NCBI GenBank assembly: GCA_029258795.1
Contig: JAPDKB010000011.1
Span: 1 to 12,996, forward strand
Direction of reading: 5' to 3'
DNA from: an archaeon
Lineage (GTDB): Archaea; EX4484-52; WAPT01
DNA length: 12,996 nucleotides
Each line of letters opens with the position of its first letter. Within the stretch, counting starts at the first letter, position 1. This document shows, one piece after another, positions 1 through 7,717 of this stretch. A program made the position numbers and the translations under genes. The notes under the pieces were generated by a model that was not told where the DNA came from, did not search any database, and was given only the letters and a program-made list of their open reading frames with translations.

Positions 1-53
1 ATGGTTGGTAAGGTTGGTTTTGAGTCGGCAGGATTTTTGACTGTGCGGGGATA

Positions 54-68
54 GAAAAGGTTAAAAAA
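54..68 (+). promoter_or_regulatory. Putative archaeal-type BRE/TATA promoter (GAAAAGG-TTAAAAAA) upstream of the ATG at 89
   Basis: Purine-rich BRE-like GAAAAGG followed by TTAAAAAA at 61-68, which starts 28 nt before the ATG at 89. This spacing fits a leaderless or short-leader archaeal transcript. The AT-rich background lowers specificity. Confidence 0.4.
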
Positions 69-88
69 GTTTGCTGGGTTTAATTTGT

Positions 89-196
89 ATGCCTAAAAGG
101 TTGGGTGAAGAGCACATTCAGTTTATAGTTGAAAGGTTAAAACAAGGAAAACCTTTGCCGGAAGAATTTAAATGGTTGTTGTTTGGAGGTAGGTAA
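89..196 (+). pseudogene. 35-aa ORF, probable truncated N-terminal remnant of a type III Mod-like site-specific DNA methyltransferase
   Basis: Translates to MPKRLGEEHIQFIVERLKQGKPLPEEFKWLLFGGR*. The pattern 'I.E.L..GKPLPE.(F/Y)K..LF' matches, from memory, the N-terminal helical segment of many Mod-like methyltransferases, which normally continues into an 'EL.(W/Y).GK' motif. Here it stops at TAA 194-196. Not in the supplied ORF track. Confidence 0.55.
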
Positions 197-239
197 GGTA
201 AGAAACTTTACAGTTTTGAGAATAAGAAAAAGGTATAAA

Positions 240-3200
240 ATGATGATAAATAGAACTCGCTTAAAGGTAGAATTAAGTAATCTTCTGCCTAAAATTAGAA
301 CACCCGAGCATATTTTTAATTTATTTCACTTGTTAAATTATCCTAAAGATTGTTTTTTTGATACAAGTTATAAAAGAAAACCAGAAAAGTTCGATCTCAA
401 AGTTGGGGAAAAAAAGAAAATAAAAAATATTTATACTATTTTAAAATTCCAAGAAAACTTAACAGTTTTTCTAGTTGAGGTTAAAACACTCTCCTCTGTG
501 CTAGTAAGATATCTAGCAAAGTTTTTTTCTGATAATTATGATTCTGTTTTATTAGTAATAACGAAAGATTATCATAATATTTTATTTGTTTTACCTGATT
601 ACGAGAGAGGACAAAAGGGAAAACCTAGACTAAAAATTACGAAATTGTATGTTGAAAGAGGAGAGCCGTACTATACTGCCCTAGAAATCTTATCTAATAT
701 AGCCTATGAGGGTGAATCAGATTGGAGGAAAATAAAAAGAAAATGGCAGGAAGCATTTAATGTAGAGAGAGTAACAGAAAAATTCTTTGAAGATTATAAA
801 ACTATTTTCTTTAAGATTAGAAATTATCTTCTCAAGCAAAAGATAGGTAGAAAAGAGGCTCACCAATTTACTTTACAGTTACTTAACAGAATTATGTTTG
901 TTTACTTTGTGGCAAAAAAAAGATGGCTAAATAATGATACGAGATTCATGAGATTTTTCTGGCAAAGATATTTAGTTGAAAGAACTAAAGGAAATGTAAA
1001 GAAAGATAGTTTCTATGATATTTGGCTTAAGCAATTATTTTTTAAAGCATTTAATAACAGACAATCGGAGATTACAGATTTACCAAAGGATATAAAGGAA
1101 ATGTTCTATGATTTCCCTTATCTTAATGGTGGTTTATTTGCAGAAAATGAATTAGATAAATTAAATGTCAAACTAACTGACGATCTTTTCAAAGAAATTT
1201 TTTTATTTTTTGAGAAGTACAATTTTACGATAAAAGAAGACATGCCTTTAGAAAGGGAGGTTGCTGTTGATCCAAAGATGATCGGTTATGTTTATGAATC
1301 TCTTGCTAATGTAGCTGAGGAAATTTATGATAGGAACGATTTGGGTATTTTTTACACTCCTACTATTGAGGTCTATTTTATGTGTAGGAGATCCTTAGTA
1401 GAATATTTGTCAAACCATCTTCCTGAAATACCAAAAGAAAAAATTTACGAATTTGTATTTGATGAGGATAAAGAAAAAGTAGAGAAATATTTTGATAAAA
1501 TAAATGCTTGGAGAAGGATAAAAGATGTATTAGACAATCTTTCTGTTGTTGACCCTGCATGTGGTTCTGGCGCGTTTTTAGTAGGAATGATGAATGTTCT
1601 GTATGAATTATATAAAATTGTTTTTAAACATTTGGGGAGGAAATGGAATGCTTTTGATTTGAAAAGTTCGATAATAAGCAGATCACTTTATGGGGTAGAT
1701 GTGATGCCTTGGGCAATTCGTGCTGCTGAATTGAGATTATGGTTACAATTAATAATAGAAACAGAATTTAGCAAAGAAGATCTAAAGAAAAGACCTTTAT
1801 TGCCAAATCTAAATCTTAATCTTAGAATTGGAGATTCTTTAGTTCAGGAGATAGGAGGAATGATGATTAGTTTGAAAAGTCCAGATATTTCTGAAAGGTT
1901 AAAGAAAAAACTCTACTGGCTGAAAAAAGAAAAGGAGAAGTATTTCTTTAATATCTCAAGTGAATTTATTAGTAGAAAAGATATACTGAAAGAGGAAGTA
2001 AAGCTTTTTGAGGAAATTATAGAAGAAAGAAAAAGAAAACTTTTGAAAAAGAGACAATTACTCGAAGAGATATCCAAAAATAAAAAAGCTTCACAAAAAT
2101 CCTTATTTAAAACGGTATCAAAATATGATAAGATTTCTTTTGGCGAGATAGAAAAACGAAATATAAAACAATTATTGGGAAAAATCCCTTCAAGTTTAAG
2201 CGAATTTAATAAGTTAATTCAAACACAGATTGAGAGGATTGATAAAGAAATAGGTGAACTAGAAAAAATAAAAGAAAACCTAGAAGATCCTGAAAAGAAA
2301 CCTTTTATTTGGGAAATTGATTTTGCCGAAATTTTTGGAGATAAAGGTGGGTTTGATATTGTTATTGGGAATCCTCCCTATGTAAGGCAGGAAAAGATTT
2401 CTCCACCTAATAAGACAAAAGCTGAGGTAACTTTAGAAGATAAAAGAGAGTATAAAGAAAAGTTGATAAAATCTGTAAAGAACAGATTTCCTATAATCGA
2501 AAAAATAGATAAGAAGAGTGATTATTACATTTACTTCTATTTCCATGGCTTGAGTTTGTTGAATGAGAAGGGTGTATTTTGTTTCATAACTTCAAATTCT
2601 TGGCTGGACGTAGAATTTGGTAAAGATTTACAAGAATTTCTCCTAAAATATGTTCCAATAGTTGCTATCTATGATAATCCAAAAAGAAGTTTCGAGCATG
2701 CAGATATAAACACGATAATTGCTCTATTTGGTGCTCCTAAAATTGAAGAAAAATTGATAGAAGATCTAAAAATAGAAACTAATAACTGGTCAATGTTAAA
2801 CCATATTGCTAAATTTGTAATGTTTAAAAAACCATTTGAGGAGGTTTTAACTTCCGAGAACTTAATTAAAATTGATGAAATCGATATTAAAGTTAAACAT
2901 AAAGAACTGATGGACTTGGTCGATAATGTGCTTAATACCGAAGATTTCAGAGTTTTTCCGATTTTGCAGGGGGATTTACTTAAAGATGGATGGGAATATC
3001 CAGAAAATTACGACAAAAATAAAGGAAGATTTAAAGCTGGGCAATATGTAGGGAATAAATGGGGTGGGAAGTTCTTAAGAGCTCCAGAAATCTTTTACAC
3101 AATTTTGAAGAAGGGAAAGGGGAAATTGGTTAGATTGGGAGATCTTACTAAAGTTAGAAGAGGATTTACGACAGGTGTGAACGATTTCTTTTATTTACCA

Positions 3201-4022
3201 AGTAAATATTTCGATATTAAGGAAGAAGGAAATTATTACAAATTAATTCCTAAGCAAGATGGATTACCAAAGGATATTAAGATAGAAAAAGAATTTCTAA
3301 AACCTGTTATAAAATCTCCAAGAGAATGCAAAACGATCATAATAAAGCCAGAAGATTTGAAACACAAGGTTTTCATTTGTAACAAATCAAAAAAAGAATT
3401 GAAAGGAACGGGAGCTTTGAAATACATTGAATGGGGAGAGAAGATGAAGTTTAATAAAGTACCGACTGTGGAGGGGAGAAAATATTGGTGGAGTTTAGGT
3501 GAAAGAAAAATAAGTGATGCATTATGCATGATGAGTTATAATGATCGTCATATCTTTTGGAAAAATGGAAAGTTTTTAGTAGATGCCAGATTTTATGATA
3601 TTTATGCAAAAAAAGAATATTCCAAAAATCTAATATTCTCTTTAAATTCAACTATAACTTTCTTAAGTGTAGAATTAAATGGAAGAATAAACCTTGGTGA
3701 AGGTGCTCTTGATTTTAAAGTTTATGAAGCTAAAAATATTATGATTTTTTCTCCTATAGCAATCTCAATTAAAAACATGAATAAAGGATTGCTGACTCGT
3801 GAAATCCGCTCAATCTTCGAAGAACTCGGTTTCGATCCTTCCAGACCGATTCGTGGGCAAGAGCCGAATCCTCTACCAGACAGAGCCGAGCTTGACAATA
3901 TTATTTTTGACGAACTCGGTTTAACCGAAGAGGAGAGGAAAGAGGTTTATTGGGCTGTTGCCGAGTTGGTGAAACAAAGGTTGGAAAAGGCGAGAAGTTT
4001 GAAGAAAAAAGGAGGGGTGTGA
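240..4022 (+). CDS. Eco57I/type IIG-like N6-adenine DNA methyltransferase with C-terminal target-recognition region (about 1260 aa)
   Basis: YLNGGLF, GIFYTP (motif X), SAM-binding motif I DPACGSGAFL (1551-1580), LYGVD, GDSL, catalytic motif IV GFDIVIGNPPY (NPPY 2370-2381) and FITSNSWL: gamma-class order typical of Eco57I-like enzymes. Start placed at ATG 240 (ATG 243 possible) rather than TTG 183, which lies inside the upstream remnant ORF. No clearly intact PD-(D/E)XK site seen in the N-terminal domain, only a weak VEVK. Confidence 0.9.
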   Translation: MMINRTRLKVELSNLLPKIRTPEHIFNLFHLLNYPKDCFFDTSYKRKPEKFDLKVGEKKKIKNIYTILKFQENLTVFLVEVKTLSSVLVRYLAKFFSDNYDSVLLVITKDYHNILFVLPDYERGQKGKPRLKITKLYVERGEPYYTALEILSNIAYEGESDWRKIKRKWQEAFNVERVTEKFFEDYKTIFFKIRNYLLKQKIGRKEAHQFTLQLLNRIMFVYFVAKKRWLNNDTRFMRFFWQRYLVERTKGNVKKDSFYDIWLKQLFFKAFNNRQSEITDLPKDIKEMFYDFPYLNGGLFAENELDKLNVKLTDDLFKEIFLFFEKYNFTIKEDMPLEREVAVDPKMIGYVYESLANVAEEIYDRNDLGIFYTPTIEVYFMCRRSLVEYLSNHLPEIPKEKIYEFVFDEDKEKVEKYFDKINAWRRIKDVLDNLSVVDPACGSGAFLVGMMNVLYELYKIVFKHLGRKWNAFDLKSSIISRSLYGVDVMPWAIRAAELRLWLQLIIETEFSKEDLKKRPLLPNLNLNLRIGDSLVQEIGGMMISLKSPDISERLKKKLYWLKKEKEKYFFNISSEFISRKDILKEEVKLFEEIIEERKRKLLKKRQLLEEISKNKKASQKSLFKTVSKYDKISFGEIEKRNIKQLLGKIPSSLSEFNKLIQTQIERIDKEIGELEKIKENLEDPEKKPFIWEIDFAEIFGDKGGFDIVIGNPPYVRQEKISPPNKTKAEVTLEDKREYKEKLIKSVKNRFPIIEKIDKKSDYYIYFYFHGLSLLNEKGVFCFITSNSWLDVEFGKDLQEFLLKYVPIVAIYDNPKRSFEHADINTIIALFGAPKIEEKLIEDLKIETNNWSMLNHIAKFVMFKKPFEEVLTSENLIKIDEIDIKVKHKELMDLVDNVLNTEDFRVFPILQGDLLKDGWEYPENYDKNKGRFKAGQYVGNKWGGKFLRAPEIFYTILKKGKGKLVRLGDLTKVRRGFTTGVNDFFYLPSKYFDIKEEGNYYKLIPKQDGLPKDIKIEKEFLKPVIKSPRECKTIIIKPEDLKHKVFICNKSKKELKGTGALKYIEWGEKMKFNKVPTVEGRKYWWSLGERKISDALCMMSYNDRHIFWKNGKFLVDARFYDIYAKKEYSKNLIFSLNSTITFLSVELNGRINLGEGALDFKVYEAKNIMIFSPIAISIKNMNKGLLTREIRSIFEELGFDPSRPIRGQEPNPLPDRAELDNIIFDELGLTEEERKEVYWAVAELVKQRLEKARSLKKKGGV

Positions 4023-4025
4023 AAA

Positions 4026-4907
4026 ATGATAGTAAAACCTCATACAAGCCTAAAACATAGGATTTTAGGAGTATATTTTAAAATATGCAGAGAAGTGGCT
4101 AAAAGGAGGGATTTATACTATGTAGACCTCTTTGCTGGCGATGGAGAAGCAAAATGTGAAGAGACACCAATAAAAAAATGGGATTCTCCTCTAATACATT
4201 CATTATTGAAAAATGCTGAAAAAGAGAATCTAAAACTACACTGTTTTTTAAATGAATTAGATAGAACAAGATATGAGAAATTAAAAGAAAAAGTATCATC
4301 CTATAATAAATATGTAGAAGATATAGAAAATGAAGATGCAAACAAAATATACAAAAAATTTTTGGAGAACATACCAAAAAATCAATGGTCTATTTGGTTC
4401 TTAGATCCCAGCAAACACTCAGATTTAAAATGGACTACCATAGAAGGAATTGCTAATCACAAGGGATGGGACAATATAAGTAGAGTAGAGAGAAAACCAG
4501 AATTAATTATAAATTTTATGACTTATACAATGCAACGAAGTATAAGGAGAAATGATGAAAGTATTACAGAAGCATTAGGAACGGATGTATGGAAAGAAAA
4601 AATAGAAAAAAATCCTAAAACTCCTGTATATGAAATATTTTTAAAGCTGTTTTTAGATCAACTCGAAAGATTAGGATATAACTGTACTTGGTTTTCAATA
4701 GAACAAACTCCCCCTCAGAGAACGCATCTTTATTATCTAATATTTGCAAATAATATCCCTTCCGCAATAAAAATAATAGCTGAAAAATTTGCTCCTTGGA
4801 TTAAAAGGACTATTAGAGATAAGTGGACAAAAGAAAATTTCAAATGGAGAATGATGACAAAAGCTAAAAAGCAAAGATATAAATTATTATGTGAATATGG
4901 GGGATAA
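4026..4907 (+). CDS. tcmP: Three-Cys-motif partner protein (TcmP family; class I SAM-dependent methyltransferase-like fold)
   Basis: Family motifs in the expected order: HT.LKH.IL..Y, YVDLFAGDG (4119-4145), DSP, FLNELD, DAN, FLDP, W.TI, ELIINF, YYLIFA. SD-like GGAGGGGTG at 4011-4019. The symbol refers to the three-Cys-motif partner family, not the tetracenomycin methyltransferase. Confidence 0.8.
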   Translation: MIVKPHTSLKHRILGVYFKICREVAKRRDLYYVDLFAGDGEAKCEETPIKKWDSPLIHSLLKNAEKENLKLHCFLNELDRTRYEKLKEKVSSYNKYVEDIENEDANKIYKKFLENIPKNQWSIWFLDPSKHSDLKWTTIEGIANHKGWDNISRVERKPELIINFMTYTMQRSIRRNDESITEALGTDVWKEKIEKNPKTPVYEIFLKLFLDQLERLGYNCTWFSIEQTPPQRTHLYYLIFANNIPSAIKIIAEKFAPWIKRTIRDKWTKENFKWRMMTKAKKQRYKLLCEYGG

Positions 4908-4908
4908 A

Positions 4909-6903
4909 ATGGATTTGAAATGTCCTATTTGTGGATCTGAAATGAAAATAGACAGAAAATCAAAATTAGCCGAATGTATAAATTGCGGATTGATTGCTTG
5001 GTATTATGAAGAGCAAACAAAAATGAAGCATAAAGTATTCGAAGATTATTTTGATAAATGGGTTAAAATTCTCGGTAAGTACTATAAACTAAATTATGTT
5101 GATGGTTTTGCTGGAGCAGGTTTATACTATGATAGAAATGGTAACTTCCATTATGGTTCTCCGATCTTAGCTGCAAATATAATAAGAAAAAATAAGAAAA
5201 AAGCCAACTTAGTTTTAATAGATAAAAATGAGAAAATTCTTAGTAATTTAAAAAAAATTATTGATTTTATAGAATTAGATAAATCATCGAATTTGAAAAT
5301 ATTTATTATTTCTAAAGATTTCAATTCAACTATCAATGAAATACTAAAAACTACAAATGGTAACTTGGCACCCACATTTGTTTTTGTGGATCCGTTCGGA
5401 TTTAACGATGTAAAATATGAGACTTTGAAGAATATTATGGAAAAGGTGCCAAAGCCAGAAATATTAATAAACTTTATGTTTAATGCTATTACAAGATTTC
5501 TAGGGATTAGAAATCTTTCTAAAAGTTTTAAAGAAGTATTTGGGTTAAAAAATTGGAGAGAAGCACTTGAAAAAATTCAAGGCACTCGCGAAGATAAGGT
5601 ATTACAACTTTATATTTCTCAACTTAAAAAAATCTCAAAATTCGTTTTTCCTTATAGATTAACTTTCCCTCGTAAAAGAAGGACATATTACTATCTTATC
5701 CATCTTACTAACTACTTAAAAGGAGCTTCTATTATGAAATCTAGTTTTGCGAAATATTCATATGGGAGGGTTGAATGGCTTGGAACTTATGGAGGACAAA
5801 TGAAATTAACAGAAATAGGTACTGTAAAGCTCAGCGAAATAAAGGGCTATTTACTCAAAAAATATGATAAGAAAAAAATTACTTTTAAACAAATAATTGA
5901 AGAAAATATAGATACGACATCATATCTTGAAAGCGATTTTAGAAAAGTAATTAAAAAATTAGAAAAGGAGGGCATTGTGTATGTAGAAAGATTTCCGAAA
6001 ATTGGTAAAAATGGTAAACCTCGGGCTGGCTTAGATCTCAATGATGTCATTTATTTCAATACATTCCCAAGCATCAAAAGAAAAACACTTCTTTACAGAA
6101 CAAAAGTAGAGTATGGAAATTTTACAATAAATCACATTTTAGGATGTTCACATGGATGTAAATATCCATGTTATGCATGTATGCTTGCAATTAGATATGG
6201 AAAGGTTAAAGATTATGAAGATTGGATACATCCAAGAATTGTGTCAAATGCTTTAGAATTATTGGATAAGGAAATACCCAAATATAAAAAGGAGATCGAT
6301 TTTGTTCATCTATCATTTACAACAGATCCTTTTATGTACGATCCTGTAAATAAAAGAGTATACCCACAGATAAAAGAATTGACATTAAAAATTATTGAAA
6401 AATTAAATAAAAATGGAATAAAAGTGACTGTATTAACAAAAGGTATATTCCCTAAAGAGCTTGTAAATTTTGATAAATTCAGCAAAGAGAACGAGTATGG
6501 TATTACATTAGTTTCCTTAAATGAAGATTTTAAAAAGAAATTTGAGCCTTATTCTGCTCCTTTCGAGGAGAGAATATCTTCTTTAAAATTCCTTCATGAA
6601 AATGGGCTTAAGACATGGGTAAGTATCGAACCTTATCCTACACCAAATCTTGATCCAGGAGCATATAATATTGAAAGGCTTTTGAATACAATCAAATTTG
6701 TTGATAAAATAATTTTTGGTAAATTAAACTATAATGTGAAATCAAATAAATTTGAAAATAATGAAGAATATTATAGGGAATGTGCAAAAAAGGTAATCGC
6801 TTTTTGTAAAAAATATGGAATTAAATATCATATAAAAGAAGGCACACCTTATAGCAATAATAAAACTAAAACTATCTTTAAGAATGACAAAAAACTCTTC
6901 TAA
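4909..6903 (+). CDS. tcmP: Fusion protein: Zn ribbon + TcmP-family SAM-binding domain + probable winged helix + SPL-like radical SAM domain
   Basis: CPIC-x14-CINC (4921-4986). TcmP motifs KHKVFEDYF..W, YVDGFAGAG (5095-5121), GSP, FVFVDPFGF, EILINFM, YYLIHLT. wHTH-like YLESDFRKVIKKLEKEG. Radical SAM part: INHILGCSHGCKYPCYAC (Cys 6145-6180), SFTTDPF, VLTKG, GITL, FEP, ERI..LK.L...G.KTWVSIEP, as in SplB-like proteins. Start placed at ATG 4909, 1 nt after the upstream stop; GTG 4891 and ATG 4897 are alternatives. Confidence 0.8.
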   Translation: MDLKCPICGSEMKIDRKSKLAECINCGLIAWYYEEQTKMKHKVFEDYFDKWVKILGKYYKLNYVDGFAGAGLYYDRNGNFHYGSPILAANIIRKNKKKANLVLIDKNEKILSNLKKIIDFIELDKSSNLKIFIISKDFNSTINEILKTTNGNLAPTFVFVDPFGFNDVKYETLKNIMEKVPKPEILINFMFNAITRFLGIRNLSKSFKEVFGLKNWREALEKIQGTREDKVLQLYISQLKKISKFVFPYRLTFPRKRRTYYYLIHLTNYLKGASIMKSSFAKYSYGRVEWLGTYGGQMKLTEIGTVKLSEIKGYLLKKYDKKKITFKQIIEENIDTTSYLESDFRKVIKKLEKEGIVYVERFPKIGKNGKPRAGLDLNDVIYFNTFPSIKRKTLLYRTKVEYGNFTINHILGCSHGCKYPCYACMLAIRYGKVKDYEDWIHPRIVSNALELLDKEIPKYKKEIDFVHLSFTTDPFMYDPVNKRVYPQIKELTLKIIEKLNKNGIKVTVLTKGIFPKELVNFDKFSKENEYGITLVSLNEDFKKKFEPYSAPFEERISSLKFLHENGLKTWVSIEPYPTPNLDPGAYNIERLLNTIKFVDKIIFGKLNYNVKSNKFENNEEYYRECAKKVIAFCKKYGIKYHIKEGTPYSNNKTKTIFKNDKKLF

Positions 6904-7717
6904 AAAAGTGGATAACATAAGTAAATCTGTAATTAAAAAAATAAAAAAAGAAGTTGAAAAAAGCGGGCATCCTGTTAGTTTGAAAACTTCAATTATTTTA
7001 AATAAGAAAGGTTGGTATGTGAGAAATGCGCCCAGATACTTTGATTCAAATTTAAAAATTTCTCGTGAAATAGATATTGTTGCACAAAAGAAATCTATTT
7101 ATGTAAAAGATGCTATTGATGTATTAATTATTGAATGCAAAAAATCTAAAGGTAAGCCTTGGGTCTTTTTTAGACAAAATAAATTTAATGCTGATGTACT
7201 ATCACTTAATGTAGATATGGCAGAAACGACTGAAGGTGCAATTTATGATTGGTTAGGGAAGCATATATTCAAAAAACATTATTATTACAAAAGACCTTGC
7301 CATACCTACTACTTTGTAGCTAACGCAAATCCAGCTAGTAAGGCAGGTAAGCAAATTTTTGATGCAACAGAGCAAGTCCTAAGTGCCTTAAGATTTTATT
7401 TGGTACAAAGATTTAATTTATTTTCAGAATATAGACTAAAGCCAAAAATTCCCACGTTTTTTTATCCAATAATTGTTTTTGATGGGAAGATGTTTGAAGT
7501 ATCGGTTGAAGAAGCGGATATAAATATAAAAGAAACAGATTGGATTTCTCTGTGGATAGAAAAAGAACTTAAAGAACCGTTACTTATGAAATTCTTATAC
7601 AGACAAGGTTTTCGCAGAGTAGTATACTCAAAACCAATTGTAATCGATATTGTAAAACTCGATTACTTTGAAGAATTTTTAAAAAATTTTGATAAGTTAA
7701 GTAGTGATCAAAAATGA
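6884..7717 (+). CDS. PD-(D/E)XK restriction-endonuclease-fold protein
   Basis: SGHP...GWYV....YFD.....REIDIVA (7064-7084)...LIIECKKS (E 7133-7135, K 7139-7141)..PWVFF...FYPIIVFDG: D and ExK catalytic arrangement. Overlaps the upstream gene by 20 nt (alternative GTG at 6908) and the downstream gene by ATGA. Confidence 0.7.
   Translation: MTKNSSKKVDNISKSVIKKIKKEVEKSGHPVSLKTSIILNKKGWYVRNAPRYFDSNLKISREIDIVAQKKSIYVKDAIDVLIIECKKSKGKPWVFFRQNKFNADVLSLNVDMAETTEGAIYDWLGKHIFKKHYYYKRPCHTYYFVANANPASKAGKQIFDATEQVLSALRFYLVQRFNLFSEYRLKPKIPTFFYPIIVFDGKMFEVSVEEADINIKETDWISLWIEKELKEPLLMKFLYRQGFRRVVYSKPIVIDIVKLDYFEEFLKNFDKLSSDQK

Noticed and set aside
1-54. Short frame MVGKVGFESAGFLTVRG*
   Set aside because: Too short and truncated by the window edge to support a call.
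183-239. TTG start giving a 1279-aa MTase
   Set aside because: TTG 183 lies within the upstream remnant ORF; tandem ATGs at 240/243 are more plausible.
3822-3922. 11-bp direct repeat GAACTCGGTTT (3822-3832, 3912-3922)
   Set aside because: Explained by the repeated ELG(F/L) peptide in the same frame; only two copies and no array.
6075-6903. Radical SAM domain as viperin, QueE (Dpd pathway) or a true spore photoproduct lyase
   Set aside because: Motifs (TDPF, LTKG, FEP, SIEP) are SplB-like rather than viperin/QueE-like. There are no DpdA or que genes, and the fusion and context argue against ordinary spore repair.
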